A DNA stretch of 61,506 bases, taken from the IMG/VR virus record IMGVR_UViG_3300025570_000016, positions 1 through 61,506 of that record; one strand, written 5' to 3'. The notes beneath the pieces were generated by a model. That model was given only the letters and a program-made list of their open reading frames with translations, did not search any database and was not told where the DNA came from. Positions within the stretch are counted from its first letter, which is position 1. Each line of letters opens with the position of its first letter. A program made the translations under genes and the position numbers. Positions 36,397 to 46,200 of this stretch are shown piece after piece. The stretch is from a virus (taxonomy: Duplodnaviria > Caudoviricetes).

Positions 36397-38217
36397 ATGG
36401 CAAAATATTTAGGAATACCACTTACAGTTTCTAACGGTAATAGGATACCACTTACAGCTCAGCCCAATAAGGTTGAAAATCCAACTTTTGAAGGCACTCA
36501 GACTCCTAGTGGAGTAAATTTTGTCCTTTCTTCAGGGTGGAGGTTGAATAACTCAGGTGCGGGTGCTGCCGCTTCTTCTTCTGAGTTTACATCTGAAGGA
36601 GCTAAAATTGAATGGCCTGCGGCTAACCCTCCTTCATCAACTTATTTAAGAGCTTGGAACGTAAGCTCTGCCTCAAATTTAATTGTGTTTACAAAAGGAA
36701 AAGCGTATAAGATGACTTATACTATTAGCTCCTCTAACAATGATTCAGGCTTGAGGCTTGAAAACGGAGCTTCTATTGTTTCTTTAAATACATCCGTTGG
36801 TACTCATGAGATTAACTTTATAGCTGATATTGATATATTTACAATAATACGTAATAACAATGTTAACTCAGGAGCTACAATAGTGGTTAGTTCTGTTTAC
36901 GTAAAAGAAATAGCCGCAACTGAAACACCTACGTATGGTTCGCCTGAGCTTGTTGAAAACAGTGAGTTTAATAAGGGTAATGTTGATTGGACTTTTTTAG
37001 GGACAAATCCTCCCTCAATTAATAACACTACTGATACTTTAGATTTTACAAACTCCCCGACTACTGCGGCAGCTAAAACTACCAATACAATATTAGAGCA
37101 GGGAAAAAGGTATGTAGCTACAATTGATATAGAATCAATAACTTCAGGAGGATTAGCATTGGTGTATTCTGCAGGAGCGTATTCTCCTACCTTTACATCA
37201 GCAGGCGTTTATAACTATGATTTTGTACAAGACGGAAGTTTAAATCTTGCTAGTTTAGAGTGTTATTCTAGGGATGCTTCAACAACGGCTGTGGTAAACA
37301 GTATAAAAGTAAAAGAAGTTCCTTATGTAATAGGGACTCGTGAGTTTGTTAAGAACGGCGATTTTAAAAATGGGACTACAGGTTGGGCACCATACACAAA
37401 CGCATCTTTAAGTGTGCAAAATAATAAATTAGTTATAGTCCCAACTGTTGCATCTACGTCTAGAGCAACTCAAGGCTTTGACACTGAAATTGGTAAAACT
37501 TATTCAATAACAGCAAGCTTTGAAAACCCTAATTCAAGTACAGTTTTAATTGGATTATCACCAAATGAGAATGGCAGTAGTCCTACTGCTGACCAATCTA
37601 CAGATTCTAGTGGGACTATTAATGTTTTTTATACAGCAACATCTTCAACTACCTATGCCTCATTAAGTAGAAACGCTAATGATACTAATCCTATATATTA
37701 TAGTGATGTTTCAGTAGTAGAAATAGGATACAATTATCTACAGGTAGCTGACGGTGGGTTTAAGAAGTCAGTTAAAGAGGGTGATGTAATTTTCAATACG
37801 TCTACAAACACAGAGGGTGCTGTTAAACAGGTTATAGACAACAACGTACTATTAATGTCTAATAACAACTTCTCAACGGCAGGTGAGTTCTTTAACGTCT
37901 TCGCAGCTAATGGGGATACAAGAGGAAATCAGGTTGTACGAACAGATAAGTACATTATGTCTGAGTACGATGAGAACCCAAGTAATCCTCAGGAGTCGTC
38001 ATTTTGGTACGCAGGTGGTGTGGATGCTGATAAGGTAACCCTTACTCATTTAGTTCCTGCAACGAATACGTTCTTTGTAGCGAATCTAATTGAGGATTAC
38101 ACTCAAAGGTTAAATGCTCAGTCAGCTACAGCAAGCAGGTTAGACATTCCTTTAGACGCATTTAGAGACCACAAGAATAGCGAGGTGCTAGTAACAACTT
38201 CTATAACACTTTCATAG
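36397..38217 (+). CDS. Virion protein with three CBM-like beta-sandwich modules
   Basis: Repeats bounded by ELVxNxxF...W and VSVKE; paralog of 38219-39958. Confidence 0.72.
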   Translation: MAKYLGIPLTVSNGNRIPLTAQPNKVENPTFEGTQTPSGVNFVLSSGWRLNNSGAGAAASSSEFTSEGAKIEWPAANPPSSTYLRAWNVSSASNLIVFTKGKAYKMTYTISSSNNDSGLRLENGASIVSLNTSVGTHEINFIADIDIFTIIRNNNVNSGATIVVSSVYVKEIAATETPTYGSPELVENSEFNKGNVDWTFLGTNPPSINNTTDTLDFTNSPTTAAAKTTNTILEQGKRYVATIDIESITSGGLALVYSAGAYSPTFTSAGVYNYDFVQDGSLNLASLECYSRDASTTAVVNSIKVKEVPYVIGTREFVKNGDFKNGTTGWAPYTNASLSVQNNKLVIVPTVASTSRATQGFDTEIGKTYSITASFENPNSSTVLIGLSPNENGSSPTADQSTDSSGTINVFYTATSSTTYASLSRNANDTNPIYYSDVSVVEIGYNYLQVADGGFKKSVKEGDVIFNTSTNTEGAVKQVIDNNVLLMSNNNFSTAGEFFNVFAANGDTRGNQVVRTDKYIMSEYDENPSNPQESSFWYAGGVDADKVTLTHLVPATNTFFVANLIEDYTQRLNAQSATASRLDIPLDAFRDHKNSEVLVTTSITLS

Positions 38218-38218
38218 T

Positions 38219-39958
38219 ATGGCAAAGTATTTAGGGATACCGTTAACAGTTTCAAATGGGAACAAAGTGCCTCTTACAGCTCAGCCTGAGTTGGTTGACA
38301 CTACTGTTACACAATCTTCAGATTGGTTTGCCGCTGCAACTTCTCCCTCAACAGCATCTATTACATCAGATGGTGGGTTAGTAAATGTAGTTTCGGGAAA
38401 CTTTGCTTATGTTAGAACAAGTGTTAATAGTTTGTTTACAATTGGCAAGTCTTACACTGCAACTGTTCGATTTCAAAGGATAAGTGGTTCAGGCGGGAGC
38501 GTTGGTGTTAGGCAAACAATAGGTTCGCCTTTAGTTATTAAAAATCTTACAGGAGGAATCCAAGAGATTACTTATAATTTTACAGCTTATGTGGATGACC
38601 AACTTTACATTTTAAGAGAAGGTACGGGGGATTATAGTTTTTTAGTATCCTACGTATCCGTCAAAGAAATAGCTGCGACAGAAACACCTACTTATGGTTC
38701 GCCTGAGCTTGTTACGAATGGTGATTTTAATGATGCTAGTGATTGGTCAGGAACAAATTGGACTATAAGTGGTAACGGTAAAGCTGTTCACGCAACTACT
38801 AATACTAATTACCTTATTCAATCAATGGGGTTGGAATCAGGTAAGAAATATGCAATACAGTGGACTGTTGCAGATTACAGTTCAGGTACTTTAGGTATAT
38901 CCGCCTCTAGTGGAACTAAGTCAGGTGATGACGCTGTAAGTGCTAACGGAACTTACAATACCGTTTTAGTAAGCAACGGTACAGCTCTTCAGATTTACGC
39001 TACCGGGGTAACTTCATTATCAAGCGTATCCGTAAAAGAAATTCCTTATGTAATGGGAACTCGTGAGTTTGTTAAGAACGGGGATTTTTCTGATGGCACA
39101 AATGGGTGGGATGCAACTAATGAAGCTGAGCTTAGCATTAGTAGCGGCAGACTAAGGGTGACCTCAAAAACCGCGAATTACGCATACGGGTATCAATATA
39201 TTCATGTAGAGGCGGGTAAAACTTACAGATTTACAGGTGACGTGCATTATGTTTCCGGTGCTGTGGGGTGGTTGATAGTAGATGGTTTTGATGAAAATAA
39301 TGTTTATCACGAATATGGAATAGTAAGTGTAAACAGTTCTACGACCACAAACTCTTTAGATATAACCTTTGTAGCCAAAACAAATTTATTTACAGTTAAA
39401 GGTCAAGTATATGATAACCCCTCCGGTTTAGCGGTTGAAATAGATAACATATCGGTAAAAGAACTTGAGTACAATTATTTACAGGTAGCTGACGGAGGAT
39501 TTACTAAATCGGTTAAAGAGGGTGATGTTGTATTTAATACATCTACAGGAACTGAAGGTGTAGTTAAGGAAGTTATAGACAATAATGTACTATTGATGTC
39601 TAATGATAACTTCTCTACAGCAGATGAGTTTTTTAACGTGTTTGCCGCGAACGGTGATACGAGAGGGAATCAACTTATAAAGACAGACAACTACATAATG
39701 TCTGAGTATGATGAAAATACATCCAACCCACAAGAATCATCGTTTTGGTTTGCGGGAGGGAAGAACTCAGATAAAGTTGTTTTAACGCAACTCAACCCTG
39801 CAACCAACACATTCTTTGTAGCAGGCGTAATTGAAGAATACCTTGAGAGACTTAACAGTCAATCAGCAACAGATAGTAGATTAGATATACCACTTGATGC
39901 GTTCAGAGACCATCAGTACAACGAAATATTAACAACAACAGCTATAACACTTTCATAA
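38219..39958 (+). CDS. Virion protein with three CBM-like modules (paralog)
   Basis: Near-identical N- and C-termini and linkers with 36397-38217; modules divergent. Confidence 0.72.
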   Translation: MAKYLGIPLTVSNGNKVPLTAQPELVDTTVTQSSDWFAAATSPSTASITSDGGLVNVVSGNFAYVRTSVNSLFTIGKSYTATVRFQRISGSGGSVGVRQTIGSPLVIKNLTGGIQEITYNFTAYVDDQLYILREGTGDYSFLVSYVSVKEIAATETPTYGSPELVTNGDFNDASDWSGTNWTISGNGKAVHATTNTNYLIQSMGLESGKKYAIQWTVADYSSGTLGISASSGTKSGDDAVSANGTYNTVLVSNGTALQIYATGVTSLSSVSVKEIPYVMGTREFVKNGDFSDGTNGWDATNEAELSISSGRLRVTSKTANYAYGYQYIHVEAGKTYRFTGDVHYVSGAVGWLIVDGFDENNVYHEYGIVSVNSSTTTNSLDITFVAKTNLFTVKGQVYDNPSGLAVEIDNISVKELEYNYLQVADGGFTKSVKEGDVVFNTSTGTEGVVKEVIDNNVLLMSNDNFSTADEFFNVFAANGDTRGNQLIKTDNYIMSEYDENTSNPQESSFWFAGGKNSDKVVLTQLNPATNTFFVAGVIEEYLERLNSQSATDSRLDIPLDAFRDHQYNEILTTTAITLS

Positions 39959-39959
39959 A

Positions 39960-41564
39960 ATGGCGAATTATTTAAAACTAAACAAGTCGTACATAGGTAA
40001 CGACTTATTGGAAAACCCTGAGTTTAACATGCTAGGACCTGAAGAGGTGTTAAATGCAGACTTTTCTCAATCTTACCCATCAACAGTTCCTGACATTGAA
40101 GGGGTTATGTTCAACAATTGGACGGTAGAGAATGGATTAGGAGGAAGCTCTTATAGATTAGAGGCTATACCTAACGGGTATAAGCAAACGCTTATTACTT
40201 TACCTACTGCACCCGGTTCTGTGTATCTAACAAGGCTAAAGCAGGACCTTTCATCAGTTCTTGAGGTAGGTAAGGTTTATAAAATTAGCTATGAAATAAA
40301 AGGAAGTAGTAATTACATTTTTTACAATTCTGTAGCTAAACTAACTAGCCAAGATACTTTAACTTCTACACCGAATATAAGTATGGGGGATAACCAAGAA
40401 ACCATTAAGGTTGAGCATGAGTTTGCGGTAACTGACTTATTAGACTCAGGCAACAACCCTGTAACTGTAGGCCAACACATATCGTTTTACATGTCAACAA
40501 ACGCTCAAGTTGGTGATTGGATAGAGGTTACTAACATTACTTTAAAAGAAATAGGACAGGTTGAATATTCTCCTGACCCTTTATTTTCAAGTGCAACCAA
40601 AGACACTTCTGTAAGTGCTTTATCAGGTTGGGGTACTTGGAATACCCCTGTTTCAAATAATGTGATTTCGTCTTCAGGTAAATATGTTCTTGAAATAGTA
40701 ACTAACGGGCCCACGCAAGGTGCTTGGTTATCTTTAGCTGATATACCTGATGGAATGGAGGTTAATATTAAAATAGAAAGTGTAACAGGAGATGTTGGGA
40801 TTCTTCTGTTGGGTGGTGAAAATATTTTTATTCCAACAGAGTCAGGTTTTGTTGACTTTACTTTTGTTAAAAAGTCAAATATTAATTATTTATATTTTGG
40901 AGTCGATGGTGCAGGTACTACAAACTACTACAATATTACAGTTCGACCTACTAATGTGTTTGCTTATGGTTGGCAAAGAAATCCAAATGAGGCTCAAGAA
41001 GGAGTTACCTTTAGTAATAACAACGTGACTATGGCAGGTCAGTTTACTAAAATTAAAGGCCTTTCTAGTTCATACCCTTCAGGAACTGAAGTTTTGTTAA
41101 AGTTTGATGTACTCTCATTTACTGAGGGTGTAAACTTTAGAGTATCTAAAGGTGCGGGTGAAATTGAAATTAAAGATTTAAAACTCGGTGAGAATGAACT
41201 TAGGTATACTACGACAGCATCACAAACAGATGTAATAATTAGCACTAGTAATGATAGCGATGATTACGAAATAACTCTTGATTCTATGTCAGTTCAAGAG
41301 GTTAAAAACCAACCGAAGCTTATCGGGGTTGATAATGTGTCTACAGTAAGCGCACCAACAAACAGTACGGTTGTAATCAACAACGGTCTAACTGATGGGG
41401 CTGACACTATAACTATCACGTATGCAGAGGCTGACGCGAGCTCAACGGTGCAGATGAGGAACTTCTTCCAAGACGCAATCGTAGAGTCTGCTAACGCAAA
41501 TAACACAGGTAAGGTAATTGAGATTAAGTCTCCTGTCCTTATCAACGACATTGTAGCATCTTAA
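39960..41564 (+). CDS. Virion protein with CBM-like modules
   Basis: LLENPEF, EVLNADF, ITLKE, MSVQE; C-terminus resembles the small paralogs. Confidence 0.65.
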   Translation: MANYLKLNKSYIGNDLLENPEFNMLGPEEVLNADFSQSYPSTVPDIEGVMFNNWTVENGLGGSSYRLEAIPNGYKQTLITLPTAPGSVYLTRLKQDLSSVLEVGKVYKISYEIKGSSNYIFYNSVAKLTSQDTLTSTPNISMGDNQETIKVEHEFAVTDLLDSGNNPVTVGQHISFYMSTNAQVGDWIEVTNITLKEIGQVEYSPDPLFSSATKDTSVSALSGWGTWNTPVSNNVISSSGKYVLEIVTNGPTQGAWLSLADIPDGMEVNIKIESVTGDVGILLLGGENIFIPTESGFVDFTFVKKSNINYLYFGVDGAGTTNYYNITVRPTNVFAYGWQRNPNEAQEGVTFSNNNVTMAGQFTKIKGLSSSYPSGTEVLLKFDVLSFTEGVNFRVSKGAGEIEIKDLKLGENELRYTTTASQTDVIISTSNDSDDYEITLDSMSVQEVKNQPKLIGVDNVSTVSAPTNSTVVINNGLTDGADTITITYAEADASSTVQMRNFFQDAIVESANANNTGKVIEIKSPVLINDIVAS

Positions 41565-41585
41565 TGTTATAATGTAATAGGTTGA

Positions 41586-41617
41586 AAGAGGAGCTCCATA
41601 GGGGCTCTTTTTTTTTT
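41586..41617 (+). terminator. Intrinsic terminator
   Basis: GAGCTCC-ATA-GGGGCTC then a T-run. Confidence 0.78.
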
Positions 41618-41643
41618 GCGTATATTTGTGAAAAGATTTAATA

Positions 41644-42340
41644 ATGATAGATTCAGTAAGAAGCACAGTTCTCGCTGTGTTAAATAAGAATAACTACGGG
41701 TATTTATCTCCAATGGATTTTAACCTGTACGCTTAAGCAAGCGCAGCTTGAAATATTCGAGAACTTATTTTACCAATACAATAATCAAATAAACTCAGAG
41801 AACGCTCGTAGGTCAGGTACTGACTATGCTGACATATCAAAAGGAATCCTTGAGGATATAGATTTGTTTAGCAAGGACTCAATTTTAAGCAGTAATTATG
41901 GAGCACATGCATTACCAAGCGATTATTACTTTATAAATAGAATTACAATAAGTATTAGCAATGTTGATGTTGAGGTTGAAAGAGTGTCTCAAGGCAAGAT
42001 TACAGCTTTAAAAATGTCTCCTCTTACAGCCCCAAGCAATGAGTTTCCTGTATACACCCAAGAGGGTAGTATTATAGAAATTACTCCTGATTCGGGGCAA
42101 GCTACCGCAAGATATATTAGATATCCATCTGAGCCTAAGTGGACTTATACCTCCGTTGGTAATAACGTACCTATATTTAATCCAAGTGCGGGGGATTATA
42201 AAGACTTTGAGCTACCCTTTAGCTATCAAAACGAGTTGGTGAATAAGATACTTAAGTACGCAGGAGTTGAGATTCGTGAGACTATGGTAGTTGATTTTGC
42301 TAATAAACAGGAACAACAAAATAATATAGAGCAACAATAA
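41644..42340 (+). CDS. Tail tubular/ring-like protein with a +1 frameshift at about 41734
   Basis: MIDSVRSTVLAVLNKNNYGYLSPMDFNLYA-GCT T AAG; removing one T gives KQAQLEIFE, in frame with ORF 41864-42340. Confidence 0.72.
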
Positions 42341-43263
42341 TGGCATATATATCTCAATACGAATATTACGATAACAGCGGCTCTAATCCTCAGGATAAGA
42401 ATTGGGGTTCGTATCAGTACGTTAGCCTAAAGGATATAGTAACAAACTTCATGCTTATGTATCAAGGGAATCATTCCCTTGTAAATAACGAGGAGCGATA
42501 CAAGATTATATTCCACGCCAAACGTGCGATTCAAGAGCTTAACTATGATGCGTTCAAGGAAATCAAGGCATTAGAGATTTCGCTGCCGGATACGGTGCGA
42601 TACGTGCTTCCTTCGGACTATGTTAATTGGGTTAGGGTGTCGATGTTTGAGAATGGTGTATTATTCCCGTTAACTGAAAATATTCAAGCTACTACCGCTC
42701 AAGCATATCTTAAAGATAATAGCGGAGCTTTATTGTTTGATGAAAACGGTGAGGTGTTAAACCCTGAGTTCTCAGACTTTGACCTTGCAAGAATTAAAGG
42801 AACTAAGAAGAGTATATACCTAAACGATTCTAGCCCATTCAATGGTAGCGAAGGTTACTGCTATGACGGGGCTTGGTATTTTGACTACGCTATAGGTGCT
42901 CGTTACGGACTTAATACAGAGACCGCAAACGCTAACCCAACCTTTAGGATAGATTCTAAGGCGGGTGTTATAAACTTTGACTCTACAATGGCAGGTAAGT
43001 CTGTTATATTAGAGTACGTGTCTGATGGTATGGAAGGTGGTAATAACTCACTTATTACTGTAAACAAGTTGTTTGAGGAGTACGTGTACGCATACATTCA
43101 GTACGCTATACTTAATAGTAAGCTTGGTGTTCAGGAGTACATTGTTGCTCGAGCAAGAAAGCAAAAGTCAGCACTACTACGCAATGCTAAAATAAGAATT
43201 AGTAACATACACCCCGGTAGACTCCTAATGAATCTAAGAGGGCAATCTAAGTGGATTAAATAA
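42340..43263 (+). CDS. Tail ring/adaptor-like structural protein
   Basis: FHAKRAIQELNYD, LPSDYVNWVRVS, LEYVSDG; position in the tail module. Confidence 0.65.
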   Translation: MAYISQYEYYDNSGSNPQDKNWGSYQYVSLKDIVTNFMLMYQGNHSLVNNEERYKIIFHAKRAIQELNYDAFKEIKALEISLPDTVRYVLPSDYVNWVRVSMFENGVLFPLTENIQATTAQAYLKDNSGALLFDENGEVLNPEFSDFDLARIKGTKKSIYLNDSSPFNGSEGYCYDGAWYFDYAIGARYGLNTETANANPTFRIDSKAGVINFDSTMAGKSVILEYVSDGMEGGNNSLITVNKLFEEYVYAYIQYAILNSKLGVQEYIVARARKQKSALLRNAKIRISNIHPGRLLMNLRGQSKWIK

Positions 43264-43265
43264 AT

Positions 43266-46200
43266 ATGGCTAACTTAAAAAGGCACTTTATAGCCGGTAG
43301 GATGAATAAGTCTGTCGATGAACGGCTAGTACCTAACGGTGAGTATGTGGATGCAATGAATGTTCGCCTTGGTTCTACTGAGGAATCTGAGATAGGTTCT
43401 GTAGAATCATCAAAAGGTAACGAGCTTTTAACCGCAATCAACTTAGGTACTTACTCAGATATTCAATATGACTTAAGTGCAAACGCAAGGTGTATTGGAG
43501 CTTTTGAGGACGGTGCTAATGAAACCATATATTGGTTTATACACGATAATAATGCGTCAGATACAGGTACAAATAAAGCTGACCTTATTGTGTCTTACAA
43601 TACAAATGTAAAGTCGGCGGAATATCACGTTATTAGTTTTAAAAACGATGACGACCCTACAAATACCACGTTAAACTTTAACCCGAGCTATCTTATTAGC
43701 AACGTAAACAAGGTTGGTAACTTTTTGTTTTTTACAGACAACTACAATCCACCAAGAAAAATAAATGTAAACTCAAATTACGAATACCCAACTTCAATAA
43801 CGGGTAGTGATAACTTTGAGTACAATGATATATTAGTAGTTTTAGACCCACCTGCTCAAGCACCTTTGGTTACAGGTATTGACAACCCAAGTATCACTGA
43901 TACTTTTATGCAGGACAGGTTTATATGCTTTGGTTACAGGTATGAGTACGCTGACGGCGAGTACTCAGCTACATCACAGTTTACCAACCCAAGCTTTTTA
44001 CCTAAACCATTTGAGCTTTCGCCTGAAAGTGGTGTAAACGATGGTATGGTAAATAGTATAAACACTGCTGAGGTTACATTTTACACAGGCGGCCCTCAGG
44101 TAAAAGGCGTTGAGATATTATTTAAAGAGTCTGACTCAGGAACTATTAAGGTTATTGAGAAGCTTAACAAGCAACAGTTGAACTACTTAGACTATACGAA
44201 TTATACGTATTCATTTACCGATAGTAAAATATTTACTATATTATCAGAAGGTGAGATATTGCGTTTGTATGACAACGTACCATTACTTGCTAAAACACAA
44301 ACCTTAATGGGTAACCGTATTATGTATGGTAACTACATTGAGGGTTACGATTTAAAACGTGGCGGTCAAAATACTCGACTATCTTATACGGTAGATGTTA
44401 ACAGTACAGATATTGGTTTTAACGCATTATCTAATAATGGGTTTAACAGTGTCGCGTACGACATTAACCCTGCAACATCAGTAACTACTCTTGGTAATGT
44501 GGTTGTAGACTTATCAAACATACAGGATAAATTAACAGCAGGCTCCGCCTTTTCATTTAGCTTTAGATTAGAACATAATAGTTTTAATGGGGCACCTACA
44601 ACCTTACCTGCATCTACAAATAACAACATGGAGTTTGGGTTTACATACATACTCCCTCAAAACTTTAGCAATACAACAGAGCTTTTAAATAGCACGGACT
44701 TTCAGGATAAGTTAGGCTTATCATCTTCTATAGTGCCTATAAGTACAGCTTGTGAAAGACAGACTTTAACAGATAGATATAACTGCGCGTTGTCAGACAC
44801 TCTTCAAGGGGGCTATAGTCTTTATAGCAGCGGTATTTCTGCTGTTGAACAACCTATCATTGTAGGTCCTTCATCAGGTACGGAGATGAGTCTAGTTGTT
44901 TTGGCAGCGGTATATACAAACGACCCTGCTCAACCTGTTATAGGTAACTTAGCTTTTGAGTATTTTGATATAGCTGAGGCTGAGTTTTCTTTTCAGCAAG
45001 AACCAAGCTCAGCGAGCCTTCATAGTAACAGAGGGTACGAGGTAGGTATTGTTTATATGGATGAGTTTAACAGAGCTACAACAGCTTTGGTAAGTGAGTC
45101 GAATACAGTTTATATCCCCTGCTCAGCAAGTCCGACTAAAAATGAGGTGGTTGTAAATATACCCCCATCTCAGTTAGCTCCTGACTTTGCTAAGAGATAT
45201 AAGTTTGTAATAAAACCTGACGGTGAGCAGTACGAAACTATTTACTCAAACATTTACTTTAAAGACTCTGAAAGCGATTTCACATACTTCTTATTGGAAG
45301 GTGAGAACATTGCTAAGGTTGAAGAGGGTGATAGATATATCGTAAAACGAGACTCAACAGGGCCGTTGAGGAGCTGTGCTCAAGCAACTGTATTGGAAAA
45401 GAAAGCTCAGGCAGAGGATTTTATAACGGTTTTTGATTCAGGTGGAGATAATGTAACAGTTCCCGCAGGAACTTATATGAAGATGATGACCACTAACTTT
45501 GTAGCAGGCTCATCAAGTTCTTCGTTCAATCAATCAGGTATTCAATCATCTGAGCAAAACGTGCCTAGCACAATCACGTATCTTCAGTATGATGGGTTTA
45601 GCACACCTGCTTCAGGTGGTGGTAGCCCATACTCAAATACTCTTATACCAAGAGGGTCTAGAATTAATATTAGTATTGATTGGTATAGAGCAGGAACTAA
45701 CTATATAGGAGATAGAAATTGTAACAAGTTAGAATACAACTTCACAGCTAATGTTGAAGCTTCTCAAGAATACACAGATATTATAGGCTTGTGGAACGGT
45801 GAGAATGTATCAGACTTATTGCCTAATGATTTTGTTTACAACTCAACATTACTTACCACTCCTGCGGAAATAATTGCATTTGAACAAAGCGGAACCTCTT
45901 CAACTAGAAGGTTGCAGTGGTTTGAAAACGCAGCTGATAACCAAATAAAACTTTTAATTAGTGGCTATCAATCTTGTGCAAGCGGTACTACTTCAAGTAT
46001 TACCTCTAACTTTCAAATATTTATAGCAGGAGAGACTAATCTTATTGTTTTTGAAACCGAACCTACAGATGCTTTACCTGACGTTTGGTATGAGGGTCAA
46101 GACTCGTATCCAATTGATACAGTTACAGGATACCACTTGGATGGTGGTAACTTTGCTGACCCTGATGACCAAGACCAAAGCGCAACAGAGCCTGCTATAT

